From contig CAVUWD010000005.1 of the NCBI GenBank assembly GCA_963745025.1, forward strand, positions 64,001 to 128,000: a stretch of 64,000 bases of DNA, written 5' to 3'. Within the stretch, counting starts at the first letter, position 1. Every line of letters begins with the position of its first letter. A model generated the notes under the pieces. It saw nothing but the letters and a program-made list of their open reading frames with translations, had not been told where the DNA came from and made no database searches. Shown piece after piece: positions 9,885 to 21,538 of this stretch. This stretch comes from an uncultured delta proteobacterium. GTDB taxonomy: Bacteria > Desulfobacterota > Binatia > JACPRU01. The position numbers and the translations under genes are program-made.

Positions 9885-11067
9885 GCCTCTGCGGCCCCGG
9901 CCGCGACGCCCGCGCGCACGGGCACTCCGGCGCCCGGCAGGATCTGCTCGAGCGCGGAGAACAGCCGTAAGACCTTCTCGCGCCGGCTCGATTCCCCCAT
10001 CAGGCCGATCCGCCAGATCTTCCCCTTGAACGCGCCGAGCCCGCCGCCGATCTCGATGCGAGAACTCGTCGAGCAGCCGCCGGCGAAGACGTGCTTCGTC
10101 CTGCCCGACACCGGCGGCGGCAGGAACACGCTGTTCAGCATCCACAGACGGTGGCCGGGCTGCGACGACGAAGCGGAAGCCGAGCGCCTCGAGTCCGGCG
10201 GCGAGGGCCACGTGGTTCCGGCGATGACGCTCGAAGCGCGCCTCGAGGCCCTCCTCCACGACCAGCCGCAGCGCCTCCGCGAGCGCGTAGTTCATCGAGA
10301 TCGGCGCCGTGTGATGGTAGACGCGCTCGTCGCCCCAGTACTTCTCGATCATCGTCAGGTCGAGGTACCAGCTCTGCACCTTGGAGCGCCGGCGCCGGCA
10401 GGGCCTCGAGCGCGCGCGGCCCGAACGTCACCGGCGCGAGGCCGGGCGGGCAGGACAGGCACTTCTGCGTGCCGCTGTAGCAGGCGTCGATCTCCCAGCT
10501 CGTCGACCTCGACCGGGCAGCCGCCGAGCGAGGTCACGGTGTCGACGACGAAGAGCGCGCCGGCGCGCTGCGACGAGTCGGCGCGATCTCCTCGAGCGGC
10601 TGCCACGCGCCGGTCGACGTCTCGGCGTGGACCATCGCCACGAGCTTCGGCCGGCGCGCCTGCGCGAGCGCCTTTTCGACGTCCTCCGGCTCGACCGACG
10701 CGCCCCCACGGCGCCTCGACGCGGAACCGCGTCGAGCGCCGACAGCGCTCGACGATGTCGGCCATGCGCGTGCCGAACACGCCGTTCACGCCGACGACCA
10801 CCTCGTCGCCCGGCTCGAGGAGGTTCACGAGGCAGGCTTCCATGCCGGCGCTGCCCGTGCCGGAGATCGGCGAAGGTGAGCTCGTTCTCGGTCTGGAACA
10901 CGTGGCGAAGCAGCCGCTTCACGTCTCGTCCATCAGCGCGACGAACGCCGGATCGAGGTGGCCGATCAGCGGGCTGCCGAGAGCGCGCGCAGCACGCGCG
11001 GGTGCGACATCGCTCGGTCCCGGGCCGAGCAGCAGGCGCGTGCGGAGGCTCGAAATTCGCCAGTCAT
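9875..11067 (-). CDS. Alanine/serine-glyoxylate aminotransferase (class V PLP), with several frameshifts
   Basis: Pieces in different frames: [36 protein letters not shown]...[25 protein letters not shown]. Confidence 0.85.
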
Positions 11068-11125
11068 CAGCACGGCTCACGACGGCGTATCTATTCACGC
11101 TGAGGCAGTCGTTGCGAACTCGTCG

Positions 11126-12570
11126 ATGCCCGCGGATGCTCGTCGACGCAGATTTGCGCGATCGTCGGCGCCGACGGCGATCGTCGCTCGGCGCCGAGGC
11201 GCTGCTGGTCTACGAGTGCGACGGCTACACGCTCGAGCGCGCGCGCGCCGGAGCTCGTCGTGCTGCCGCGCACGACCGGCGGAGGTGGCCGCGGTCGTGC
11301 GCCTGCTGCGCCGCCGACGACGTCGCGCTTCGTGCCGCGCGGCGCCGGCACCGGGCTCTCGGGCGGCACCTGCCGGTCGCGGCGCCGGTGATGATCTGCA
11401 CGAGTCGCGCATGAATCGCATCGAGGCGATCGACGTCGCGAACCGCCGCGTCGTCGTCGAGGCGGGCGTCGTGAACCGCGGGTCACGCGCGCGGTGCGGC
11501 GCCGCACGGCCTCTACTACGCGCCCGATCCGTCGAGCCAGCCCGCGTGCACGATCGGCGGCAACGTGGCCGAGAACTCGGGCGGGCCGCACACGCTCAAG
11601 TACGGCGTCACGACGAACCACGTGCTCGGCGTCGAGCTCGTGCTGCCCCGACGGCGAGGTCGTCGAGCTCGGCGGCGCGGTCGAGGACCGTCCGGGCTAC
11701 GATCTTCGCGGCGTCGTCGTCGGCGCCGAGGGCACGTTCGGGATCGTCACGCGCGCGACGCTCCGCCTGCGTGCCGCATGCCCGAAGGCGTGCCGGACGC
11801 TGCTCGCCGTCTTCGAGTCGGTCGACGACGCGAGCGAGGCGGTCTCGGGCATCATCGCGCGCCGGCATCGTGCCGGCCGCGCTCGAGATGATGGACCGGC
11901 TCATCATCGAGGCCGTCGAGGCGGCGTACCACTTCGGCTTCCCGACCGACGCCGGCGCGGTGCTGCTCGTCGAGCTCGACGGGCTCGCGGCCGGCCTCGA
12001 CGCGCAGGCCGAGCGCGTCGTCGCCATCTGCCGCGAGCACGGCGCACGCGAGGTGCGCGATCGCCGCGACGAGGCCGAGCGCGCCGCGCTCTGGAAGAGC
12101 CGCAAGCGCGCCTTCGGCGCCGTCGGCCGGCTGGCGCCGAACTACTGCACGCAGGACGGCGTCGTGCCGCGCACCAGCGTGCCGGACATCCTGCGCGTCA
12201 TCGCTGCGTCGCCGGCGAGCGCCATCGCCTGCGCATCGCCAACGTCTTCCACGCCGGCGACGGCAACATCCATCCGATCCTGCTCTTCGACGAGCGCGAC
12301 CGCCGACGAGGTCGAGCGCGTGCTCGCCGCCGGGCGCGAGATCCTCGAGGCGTGCGTCGCGCTCGGCGGCAGCCTCACCGGCGAGCACGGCATCGGCGTC
12401 GAGAAGATGGACGCAGATGCCGCTGCTCTTCTCCGAGGCCGATCTCGCTCTCATGCGCCGCGTCCGGCGCGGTCTTCGACCCGGAGCGCCGCGCGAATCC
12501 CCACAAGATCTTTCCCGCGGAGTCGGCCTGCGTCGCGGTGCGCGAGCCGCAGCGGCGGGCGGCGTTGTGA
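11126..12570 (+). CDS. glcD: Glycolate oxidase FAD-linked subunit GlcD-like, with frameshifts
   Basis: [27 protein letters not shown] and [14 protein letters not shown] across frames. Confidence 0.85.
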
Positions 12571-13877
12571 GCCTGTCCACCCCGGTAGAGCGAGACTTCC
12601 TCGGCCTGTCGCGGCGGTTCCTCGACTTGCTCGGAGCCGACGGGCTCGGCTCGGAATCGGATCAGCGACACTTCGCGGTCGACGGCACCGAGCCCCCGTG
12701 GGTCGTGTTGCCCGGAGGGGCGAACGAAACCGCCCAGGCGCTGCGCGTCTGCGCGGAGCACGACCTCGCGGTGGTTCCGGCGGGGGCGGGCCTCCGTCTC
12801 GGCCGCGGGCTTCCGCCGGAGCGGCTTGACGTCGTGCTGTCGACGTCGCGCATGGATCGCATCGTCGCGCACGCGGCGGCCGACCTGACGCTCACCGTGG
12901 AGGCGGGCGCGACGCTCGCCGCGGTGAACGAGGCGTTACGTCCGTCCGGACAGTGGCTTCCCTTCGATCCACCGCTGCCGGCCGAGACGACGATCGGCGG
13001 CCTCATCGCCGCGCGGGCCTCGGGGCCGAGCCGTCAGGCCTTCGGCACCGTTCGCGACTGGCTTCTCGGCCTAGCCGCGGTGCTCGCCGACGGCACGCCC
13101 GTCAAGAGCGGCGGCCGGGTGGTGAAGAACGTGGCGGGCTACGATCTTCACAAACTCCTCGTCGGATCGTGCGGCACGCTCGCGGTGATCGTCGAGGCGA
13201 CGTTCAAGCTGCAGCCCTTACCGGAAGCGAAGCGGATCGTCTGCTTCGGTTCGCAGACCCTCGAGTCGCTCTGCCAACTCGCCCTCGCGCTCGCCGATTC
13301 GGTCGTCGCGCCGCAGCTTCTCGAGATCCTCGCGGGCTCGGATCGCCCGCCGACGCTGGTTGCGGGGTTTGCCGGCACGCGCGAGGAGGTGGACGACGCG
13401 GCGACACGCGCCGCGTCGATCGGCCGAGAACGCGCGGTGGAGGAATCGAGCGGGCCGATCGACGAAGCGGCGCTCCGAGCCTCGCTCGACGGTGTGGAAC
13501 GAGGCCGCGAGCCGTCCGTGGTCCTTCGGGTCGGCGTGCCGCGAAGCGCGCTCGGCCGCTGGCTTTCGTCGGCGCTCCGGGAATGCAGTCGCGTCGCTGG
13601 CGACGTCGCCTTGCATGCACACGCAGGCGTCGGCGTGGCGCGCCTCCGTCTCGAAGCCGCGAAACGCGAACACGTGCGCGAGGTCGTCGGCGGCCTCCGC
13701 AGCGATGCCTGCGCCCGCGGCGGCTACCTCGTCGTCGACAGCGCGCCGAGCGCTTGGAAGAGCGAGGTGGACGTCTGGGGCCCGCCGCCCGCCGGTTTCG
13801 ATCTCATGAAAGGACTCAAGGCCGCCTTCGATCCCCGCCGGCTTCTCAGCCCCGGGCGGTTCGTCGGCGGACTGTGA
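12567..13877 (+). CDS. glcE: Glycolate oxidase FAD-binding subunit GlcE-like
   Basis: GGRVVKNVAGYDLHKL and LKAAFDP. GTG at 12567 overlaps the upstream stop. Confidence 0.85.
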   Translation: MSLSTPVERDFLGLSRRFLDLLGADGLGSESDQRHFAVDGTEPPWVVLPGGANETAQALRVCAEHDLAVVPAGAGLRLGRGLPPERLDVVLSTSRMDRIVAHAAADLTLTVEAGATLAAVNEALRPSGQWLPFDPPLPAETTIGGLIAARASGPSRQAFGTVRDWLLGLAAVLADGTPVKSGGRVVKNVAGYDLHKLLVGSCGTLAVIVEATFKLQPLPEAKRIVCFGSQTLESLCQLALALADSVVAPQLLEILAGSDRPPTLVAGFAGTREEVDDAATRAASIGRERAVEESSGPIDEAALRASLDGVERGREPSVVLRVGVPRSALGRWLSSALRECSRVAGDVALHAHAGVGVARLRLEAAKREHVREVVGGLRSDACARGGYLVVDSAPSAWKSEVDVWGPPPAGFDLMKGLKAAFDPRRLLSPGRFVGGL

Positions 13878-13881
13878 TTCG

Positions 13882-15150
13882 ATGAGCCGGAGCGAGGACA
13901 CACCGAAGATCGCTTCGCTCGACGAGTTCCTCGCGTGCGTGCACTGCGGGCTCTGCCTCTCTTCCTGCCCGACCTACATCGAGACCGGCGCGGAGGCCGA
14001 CTCGCCGCGCGGGCGGATCTATCTCATGAAGGCGTTGGAGGAAGGACGAACCACCCTCACCGAGGGCGTCGTCCGCCACCTCGACCTCTGCCTCGGCTGT
14101 CGCGCCTGCGAAACGGCGTGCCCGTCGGGAGTCCAGTACGGCGCGCTGATCGAGGGCGGGCGCCAGTACGTTGCGGCGCATGCACGCCGTGGCGGCGGCG
14201 AGCGCTGGAGGCGAGCGATGCTGGCGCGCTGGCTGCCCGATGCGAATCGGCTCGCGCCGGTCGCGGACGTCTTCCGTCTCGCCTCCCGGCTCGGCATGCC
14301 GCGACTGGCCCGCGTTCGATGGGTGCCGCGGCCGATTCGCCGTTTGCTCGCGTTGATGCCGGATGTCGTGCCGTCGCGTCGGCCACCCGCGATCCTCGAG
14401 CCGGACGGTCCGCCGCGCGCCACGGTGGCGCTGCTCACGGGGTGCGTGAGCCAGGCGTTCTTCGCGCGCGTGAACGAGCTCACGGCGAAGCTGCTCGTCC
14501 TCGCGGGCTATCGCGTGGTCGTGCCGCGCGGGCAGACGTGCTGCGGAGCGCTGCTCGCGCATCTCGGCGAGCGTGACGAGGCCGAGCGCAGAGCCCGGCG
14601 CAACGTCAACGTGTTCCTGCGTGACGAGGCCGACTTCATCGTCTCCAATGCCGCCGGCTGCGGGGCGATGTTGCGCGAGTACGGGCGCTGGCTCGAGAAC
14701 GATGCCACCTATGCGAAAGGCGCGCGCGACGTCGCCGCGAAGGCCCGCGACGTGAGCGAGCTTCTCGCTGCGGGCGCGCTGCCCGCGCCGAAGCACGAGG
14801 TCCGTATGCGCGTCGCGTATCACGACGCCTGCCACCTCGCCCACGGCCAGGGCGTGCGCCGCGAGCCGCGTGCTCTGCTTCGCGGGATACCCGGCCTCGA
14901 GCTCGTGGAGATCGCGGACGGCGAGTTCTGCTGCGGCAGTGCCGGCACGTACAACCTGACCGAGCCGGCAATGGCGTGGCGCCTCGGGGAGCGCAAGGCG
15001 CAGGCGGTGCTCGACAGCGGCGCCGAGATCGTCGCGGCGGGAAACCCCGGCTGCATCCTGCAGATTCGCGCGGCGCTCCGTCTCCGCGGCCGCGAGCTTG
15101 CGGTCGTACACCCGGTCGAGCTGCTCGCCCGCGCCTACGGCCTCGGCTGA
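13882..15150 (+). CDS. glcF: Glycolate oxidase Fe-S subunit GlcF-like
   Basis: CVHCGLCLSSCP, CLGCRACETACP and two CCG domains. Confidence 0.9.
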   Translation: MSRSEDTPKIASLDEFLACVHCGLCLSSCPTYIETGAEADSPRGRIYLMKALEEGRTTLTEGVVRHLDLCLGCRACETACPSGVQYGALIEGGRQYVAAHARRGGGERWRRAMLARWLPDANRLAPVADVFRLASRLGMPRLARVRWVPRPIRRLLALMPDVVPSRRPPAILEPDGPPRATVALLTGCVSQAFFARVNELTAKLLVLAGYRVVVPRGQTCCGALLAHLGERDEAERRARRNVNVFLRDEADFIVSNAAGCGAMLREYGRWLENDATYAKGARDVAAKARDVSELLAAGALPAPKHEVRMRVAYHDACHLAHGQGVRREPRALLRGIPGLELVEIADGEFCCGSAGTYNLTEPAMAWRLGERKAQAVLDSGAEIVAAGNPGCILQIRAALRLRGRELAVVHPVELLARAYGLG

Positions 15151-15249
15151 CGGGAATAAAGGGACCCGCCCGCTTCATTTCGACGCAACGGGCCAAGGGG
15201 ATTCGTGGAGGCGAACGCGTGGCCGGTAAACGAGTCTTGCTTCAATGAA

Positions 15250-15270
15250 ACAGATGTTTTAAACGTCTGT
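15250..15270. promoter_or_regulatory. Probable TetR operator palindrome
   Basis: acagatgttttaaacgtctgt is a near-perfect AT-rich inverted repeat 4 bp before the TetR ATG. Confidence 0.7.
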
Positions 15271-15274
15271 ATTA

Positions 15275-15946
15275 ATGGGGCGATCGAACGACGGCACCCG
15301 TCAGCGCCTGATCGCGGCGGCGAGCGAGCTCTTTGCCGAGCGCGGGTTCCACGCCACTACGGCGCGCGACATCGCTCGCCGTGCCCGGGTCAACCTGGCC
15401 GCCGGCCACTATCACTACGGCTCCAAGAAGGACCTCTACCTCGAGGTGCTCCGCGCGCAGTTTGCGACCATCCAGACCGAGCTCGAGCGGCGCGGCGGGA
15501 CGCGGCCGGCGGCGGAAATCGACCGGCTCGACCGCGCCGCGCTCGCGGAGCTGCTGTTCACTCGTATCAAGGTGATGCTCGACATGTTGATCGGGCCTCC
15601 CCCGGGGCTGCACGGCGCGCTCATGCAGCGGGAGATGACGGATCCCAGCCAGGCGCTGCCGATGATCGTTGCCGAGTTCATCGATCCGATGATGCGCGAG
15701 ACGGAGCAGATCGTCGCGCGGCTCATGCCGCGTCTCGGCCGGCGAGAGGTCGAGAGCTGCGCGATCAGCATCGTCTCCCAGGCGATCTTCTACCGGTTCG
15801 CGATGCCGGGGATCCTCCATCGCAAGCGCTGGAAGTCCTACCCGGCGGGCTTCGGTGCCGATCTGGCGCGGCACATCGCGGAATTCTCGCTGGGCGGCAT
15901 GGAGCGCGTCGGCGCGCGACGAGCGGGGAAACGACGTGCGTGCTAG
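15275..15946 (+). CDS. TetR-family regulator (CecR/YbiH-like)
   Basis: N-terminal HTH LIAAASELFAERGFHATTARDIA...YHYGSKKDLY. First gene of the efflux operon. Confidence 0.9.
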   Translation: MGRSNDGTRQRLIAAASELFAERGFHATTARDIARRARVNLAAGHYHYGSKKDLYLEVLRAQFATIQTELERRGGTRPAAEIDRLDRAALAELLFTRIKVMLDMLIGPPPGLHGALMQREMTDPSQALPMIVAEFIDPMMRETEQIVARLMPRLGRREVESCAISIVSQAIFYRFAMPGILHRKRWKSYPAGFGADLARHIAEFSLGGMERVGARRAGKRRAC

Positions 15947-17462
15947 GAGCCTGCGTTACCGATCGCTCCCGTTGGTCGCGATCGCGGCTCCGGCCGGAGC
16001 ATCCTATCGAGCGAGCGTGGGCGTTCGAGCGGCGGTGGCGGCGATCGGCGTCTGCCTCGCCAGCTGCGCGTCGGTTGCGGATTTCGAGCGACCGAGCGGG
16101 GACGGCGGCTGGAGCGCGGCACGGCGAGTGGAGGAGCTCGGTGCGCTTGCTCGCCGCGCGGGCGTCGACTTCGGCGCCGCGCCCGAACCGACGCCCCCAA
16201 CGTCCCGGCCGCTCGACCTGGAGACGGCGCTCTCGATGGCGACCAAGGGGAACCGGCGGATCGCGATTTCGAAGAGTCAGCTCCAGGGCGTCGCGGAGCA
16301 GGTGCGGGACGTTCGCGGGCGCCTGCTACCGAGCACGGTCGGGTTCGGGCGCTACACCTGGTACACCGACGCCGAGCGCAACGCCGTCCAGCTGCCCGCC
16401 GGCCTCGCTCCCCCGGGCGGCGCCTCCATCGAGATCCGTCCGGTCGATGTCGGCACTCTGAATGGCACGCTCACGCTCCCGCTCGACGTGAGCGGCGAGC
16501 TCCGCTATGCGCTGGCGGCCGCGCAGGCCGGCTATCGCGGCGAGCAGGCGCGCGTGTGGGCAACGACGCTCGACCAGCAACTCGCCGTCGTGCGTGCCTA
16601 TTTCCAGCTGCTGGAGAACGAGCGCCTGCGCGAGGTCACGGAGACGAACGTGACGCTCGATCGCGAACAGCTGGCGAATGCGCAAGCGAAGTTCCAGAGC
16701 GGCCGCCTGACCAAGAACGAGCTCCTGGTCGTTCAGGTCGCGTTGCAGACCGACGAAGAGCAGCTGGACCAACGCGCGCTGGCGATCGCGCAAGCGCGGT
16801 ATGCGCTGAACCAGGCGATCGGCGCCGACGTGAACGCGCCGACCGAGCTCGCGGACGTCGCCGAGCGGCCGGTCGTACCGCCGGTCGAAGAGGCGCTGCG
16901 TGTCGCCTATGCGGACAATCCGGTTCTTCACTCGCTCGTCGAGGAGCAGCAGCGCCTGGAGGGGACGGCCCGCTCGCTCGTCCGTAGCCGCCTGCCGCGG
17001 CTCTCCGCCGGCGGCGCGATCGACTATTCCAACTCGCCGATCCTCGAGCCCCAAGACATCGGCTCGGGCTTCGTCGGCTTCAGCTGGGATCTCGGCACCG
17101 ACGGGCGGCGCGAGGCCGAGATCGCCGAGGCGCGGATCACGGCGGAGCGGAATCGTCTGGAGATCGAACGGCAGCTGCGCGAGCTCGAGGCGCGGTGCGC
17201 TCCACTCGCCAGGCGGCCGCCGAGCGCCTCGCCGCGCTCGCCGCCGCGGAGACGGCCGTCGGCCAGGCGGAGGAGAATCTGGCATCCGCCGGCAGCAGTT
17301 CGACGCCGGCCGCGCCACGAGCGAAGACGTTCTCGACGCCCAGGCGCTTCTGTCCGGGCAGCGCGCGATGCTCGCGAGCGCCCTCTACCAGGCCCACGTC
17401 GTCGCGCCGAGCTGCGGAGCTTGATGGGGCAGAGCACCGCATCCGAATCGAACCCGAGGTGA
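15936..17462 (+). CDS. TolC-family outer-membrane efflux protein; frameshifts near the C-terminus
   Basis: Lipobox LASC and OEP repeats (VVRAYFQLL, FQSGRLTKNELL, FDAGRATSEDVLDAQ). Confidence 0.85.
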   Translation: MRARSLRYRSLPLVAIAAPAGASYRASVGVRAAVAAIGVCLASCASVADFERPSGDGGWSAARRVEELGALARRAGVDFGAAPEPTPPTSRPLDLETALSMATKGNRRIAISKSQLQGVAEQVRDVRGRLLPSTVGFGRYTWYTDAERNAVQLPAGLAPPGGASIEIRPVDVGTLNGTLTLPLDVSGELRYALAAAQAGYRGEQARVWATTLDQQLAVVRAYFQLLENERLREVTETNVTLDREQLANAQAKFQSGRLTKNELLVVQVALQTDEEQLDQRALAIAQARYALNQAIGADVNAPTELADVAERPVVPPVEEALRVAYADNPVLHSLVEEQQRLEGTARSLVRSRLPRLSAGGAIDYSNSPILEPQDIGSGFVGFSWDLGTDGRREAEIAEARITAERNRLEIERQLRELEARCAPLARRPPSASPRSPPRRRPSARRRRIWHPPAAVRRRPRHERRRSRRPGASVRAARDARERPLPGPRRRAELRSLMGQSTASESNPR

Positions 17463-17466
17463 GCTC

Positions 17467-18488
17467 ATGAACGCGAAATGGATCGTCGCCGTCGTGCTCG
17501 CGGGCGCAGCCGCCGGCGGTTACCTCTACTGGGGAAGCGATCCCCGTCCTGCCTACTACACGGGTTTCGTCGAAGGCGAGGAGCGGGTCCTGCGCAGCGA
17601 GGTCACGGGCCGCGTGCTGGAAGTTCGCTTCGGCGAGGGAGCGACGATCGCCGCCGGCGCGGTCGTGGCGGTGCTCGACGCGCGCGACGTCGAGACGCAG
17701 ATCGAGACCAAGAAGCGCGAGATCGCGATGTTCGAGGCAGAGATCCGCACGCAAGCGGAGCGCGCCACGATGATCGACAGCACCTGGAAGCGGGACGTGA
17801 GCGCGCAGCGGGCCGGGCTCGAGCAGGCGCAGGCGGCGCTGGAGCTCGCGGAACGGACGTTCGTGCGCGAGCAGGCGCTGGTCGAGACCGGCGCCAGCAC
17901 CGCGCAGCTGCTCGACGACGCCCGCGCCGCCGCGACCAGGCGCGAAGCGCCGTCGACCGCGCGCGGCAAATGCTCGCCCGCGCCGAGGCGCGCTCAGCCG
18001 CTCGGGGATGGCCGCGCAGCGAGCTCGAGATGCTGCGCCGCAAGCGCGAGCTCGCGCGCGCCCAGCTCGCCGAGCTCGAGGTGACGCACGCGAAGTACGA
18101 GATCCGCGCGCCGGACGTCGCCACCGTCGTGCAGACGCAGTACATCTGGCCGGGCGAGCTCGCGCAGCCCGGAACGCCGATCGTCTCGGTGCTCGATCCG
18201 CTCGACAAGTACGTGCAGATCTACGTGCCGGTCGCCGACGTCGAGCGCTTCCGCGTCGGCCAGCGCGTCGAGATCGAGCTCGACAGCGGCCGGGCCGCCG
18301 CGTCCCGGGCGAGGTGAGCTTCGTCGCCGACCAGGCGAACTTCACGCCCGAGAAGATCGAGACGCGGAGCGACCGCATCGGCCAGGTCTATCGCGCCAAG
18401 GTCCGCATCCTCGAGGACGTCGAGCGCTTCCAGCCCGGCACCGAGGGCAACGTCTACCTCGCCGCGGCGACGGCAAGGATCACGGTGA
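17467..18488 (+). CDS. HlyD/YbhG-like membrane fusion protein, with frameshifts
   Basis: N-terminal TM, lipoyl-like SEVTGRVLEVRFGEG and ANFTPEKIETRSDR. Confidence 0.85.
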
Positions 18489-19429
18489 GCGCGCCGCTGC
18501 TCCGCTGCGCGGCCTCGAGAAGCGCTACGGCGCGACGCCGCGCTCTCGCCGGCGATCGATCTCGAGCTCGACGCGCGAGATCGTCGGCGTCGTCGGTCCC
18601 GACGGCGCCGGCAAGACGACGCTGCTGCGCTCGCTCGCCGGGCTGCTCGAGGTCGAGGCCGCCGACGCCGCGCGTGCTCGGCCACGACCTGCGCGGCGAC
18701 GTCACGGCGCTGAAGGCGCGGATCGGCTACGTGCCGCAGGTCTTCAGCCTGCATCGCGATCTCTCGGTGATCGAGAACCTCCGCTTCACGGCGCCGCCTC
18801 CACCGCTTGCCGGCGGAGGAGTTCGACGGCGCGCGGGCCGCGCTGCTCGAGCGCACGGGACTCGCGCCGTTCGCCGACCGGGCCGCCGGCGCGCTCTCCG
18901 GCGGCATGAAGCAGAAGCTGGCGATCGCGAACGCGCTGCTGCCCGAGCCGCGCGCTGCTCGTGCTCGACGAGCCGACCGCCGGCGTCGACGTGGTGGCGC
19001 GCGGCGAGATCTGGGCGCTGCTCGAGCGCGGCGCGAGCACGCTCGCTGGTCGCTCATCAGCACGAGCTATCTCGACGAGGCCGCCGCCTGCGACCGGCTC
19101 GTCTACCTCGACGACGGGCGCGTCGTCGCGATCGGGACGCCCGGCCGAGCTGCGCGCGCGCGTGCCGCTCGAGCTCTACCGCGCCTGGGGCGAGGACCCG
19201 CGCGCCATCGCGCGCGCGGCGCGCGCGCTTCCCTACGTCAGCGCGCGCGCGCGCCAGCGGCCGCTTCGCGCGCGTCGAGGTGGCGCGGCGCACGGACCCC
19301 CGGCGCGAGCCGAGTCCTCGCGACCTGGCCGCGCTCCCCGGCGCGCGCGCTTCGCCGAGCCGCACGCCGGTCGACATGGAGTCGACGCTGCTCGCGCTCG
19401 CGCGCGACGACGCCGAGAGCCTGGCATGA
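18485..19429 (+). CDS. ABC transporter ATP-binding protein, with frameshifts
   Basis: GPDGAGKTT, LSGGMKQKL and LDEPTAGVD in different frames. Confidence 0.85.
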   Translation: MSAPLLRCAASRSATARRRALAGDRSRARRARSSASSVPTAPARRRCCARSPGCSRSRPPTPRVLGHDLRGDVTALKARIGYVPQVFSLHRDLSVIENLRFTAPPPPLAGGGVRRRAGRAARAHGTRAVRRPGRRRALRRHEAEAGDRERAAARAARCSCSTSRPPASTWWRAARSGRCSSAARARSLVAHQHELSRRGRRLRPARLPRRRARRRDRDARPSCARACRSSSTAPGARTRAPSRARRARFPTSARARASGRFARVEVARRTDPRREPSPRDLAALPGARASPSRTPVDMESTLLALARDDAESLA

Positions 19430-20388
19430 CCGACGCCGATCATCCCGCCGCACGGCCTCACCAAGCGCTTCGGCGACTTCACCGCCGTCGACGCCCTCGA
19501 CCTCGTCGGTCGAGCGCGGGCATCGATCTTCGCCTTCCTCGGCGCCAACGGCTCGGGCAAGAGCACGACGATCCGCATGCTGATCGGCCTGCTCCGACCG
19601 ACGGCGGGCGACGATCGAGGTCGACGGCGTCGACGTCATCGCAGAGCCGCGCCGCGTGCGCGACCGCATCGGCTACATGGGCCAGAAGGTGAGCCTCTAC
19701 CAGGGCCTCTCGCTGCGCGAGAACGTCGAGTTCTACGCCGGCCTGTACGGCCTCACGGGCGCGCGAGCTCGAGCGCGCGCTGGGGGGCGGTGCGCGAGCG
19801 CTTCGCTCTCGGCGACGGCCGAGCAGCGAGCGGCCCGAGGACCTGCCCGCCGGCGTCCGCCAGCGCGCCGGCCTCGCGCTCGCGACGCTGCACGGCCGCG
19901 CCTGCTCTTCCTCGACGAGCCGACGGCGGGCGTCGACGTCCAGAGCCGCGGCCTCTTCTGGGAGATCATCCAGGAGGAGGCCGACGCGGGCGTCACCGTC
20001 TTCGTCACCACGCACTTCCTCGAGGAGGCCGACTACTGCGACTGGGTGCGCTTCATCGACGCCGGCCGGCTGATCGCCGAACGCCACGCCGGAGGAGCTG
20101 CGCAGCGCGTTCTCCGACGGCTACCGGATCGAGATCGACGTCACGGCCGGCGCGCGCCCGCGCGTGCTCGCGCGGCTCGCCGGCGCGGTCCCCGCGCCCG
20201 AGCCAACCGCGACGGGCGCTGCGCTGCGCGGCTGCCGACATTCGAGCCCGACCTTCTCGGACGGCTCGCGCGCGCTGGCGCAGGAAGCGCCGAGCGCGCG
20301 CATTGCAATCGAGCAGCCGACGATGACCGACGTGTTCCGCCGCGTGCTCGCGAGCGTGGCATCGCAGGATCCGCGAGGCGCGCCGTGA
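19426..20388 (+). CDS. ABC transporter ATP-binding protein, with frameshifts
   Basis: [20 protein letters not shown] and VTTHFLEEA. Confidence 0.85.
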
Positions 20389-21538
20389 ATCGCCGCCGGC
20401 TGCGGACGCTCGTCCGGCGCGAGGTCCAGGCGACGCTCCGCGATCCGTTCACGGTGACGATCCTCATCGCGTGCCGCTCGGCGCGCTCCTGCTCTTCGGC
20501 TTCATGCTCTCCACCGAGGTCAAGCACCTCGCGCTCGGCGTCTACGACGCGAGCGAGATCGGCGGCGAGCCGCCGCCTCGTCGCCGATCTCGCGGCGAGC
20601 GGAACCTTCGCTCACCGCGTACGCGTCGCCCGAGAGCGATCGAGCACGCGCTCGGATCGCGGGCCGATCAGCGTCGGCGTGGTGATCCCCGCCGGACTTC
20701 GACGCGATCGCGACACTCGAGGCCGGGCGCGGCGCCGCCCCGCAGTCCAGGTCCTCTACGACGGCGCCGAGGCGGTGCTCGCCGGCAACGCCGAGGCCTT
20801 CGTAAACTCCCTGCTGCAGGCGAGCGCGCCCGCCCTCGGCGATCAGCGCGCGATCCCCGGCGCTCGATCGTCCCGGGCGCCGAGCGCGCGGGCGGCGGGA
20901 TCGGCGTCGTGACGCGCGCGCTCTTCAACCCGGGCCTCGACGGCACGCCGTTCATGGTCGCCGGCACCTTCGGCTTCGTGCTCTCGTTCCTGACCACGCT
21001 CATCACCGCGGTGTCGATCGTCAACGAGCGCCTCGCCGGCACCTTCGACCAGCTCCAGGTGACGCCCGCGACGACGCTCGAGATCCTGCTCGGCAAGCTG
21101 CTGCCGCTCGGCGCCGTGTTCGCCTTCGACGTCGTCGCTGATGGTGGTGGTCGCCGGCTTGGTGCTGGCGTCTGGCCCGCAGGGCAGCGCGCTGCTTCTT
21201 CGTGGTCGTCTCGGCCTTCTACGTGCTGATCTCGCTCGCGCTCGGGCTGATCTTCTCGGCCACCTCGGCGACCGCCGCCGAGGCGGTGCAGAAGACCGTG
21301 CTGTTCAGCATTCCGCTCGTCCAGCTCTCCGGCTTCGCTCTTCCCGATCCGCAACATGCCGACTGTCGTGCAGTGGCTCGCGAAGCTGATCCCGGCCACC
21401 CACTACATCCGGGTCAGCCGCGCGATCTACCTGCGCGCGGAAGGGCCGGATCGACTGCTGCCCGAGCTCTTGTTCCTCTTCGTCTGCGGCGTCGGCTTGA
21501 TCTACTACGCGCGCCGCACGATCGAGGCCCGCGCATGA
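20385..21538 (+). CDS. ABC-2 permease (YbhS-like), with frameshifts
   Basis: IVNERLAGTFDQLQVTP.TTLEILLGKL and multiple TM segments. Confidence 0.85.
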
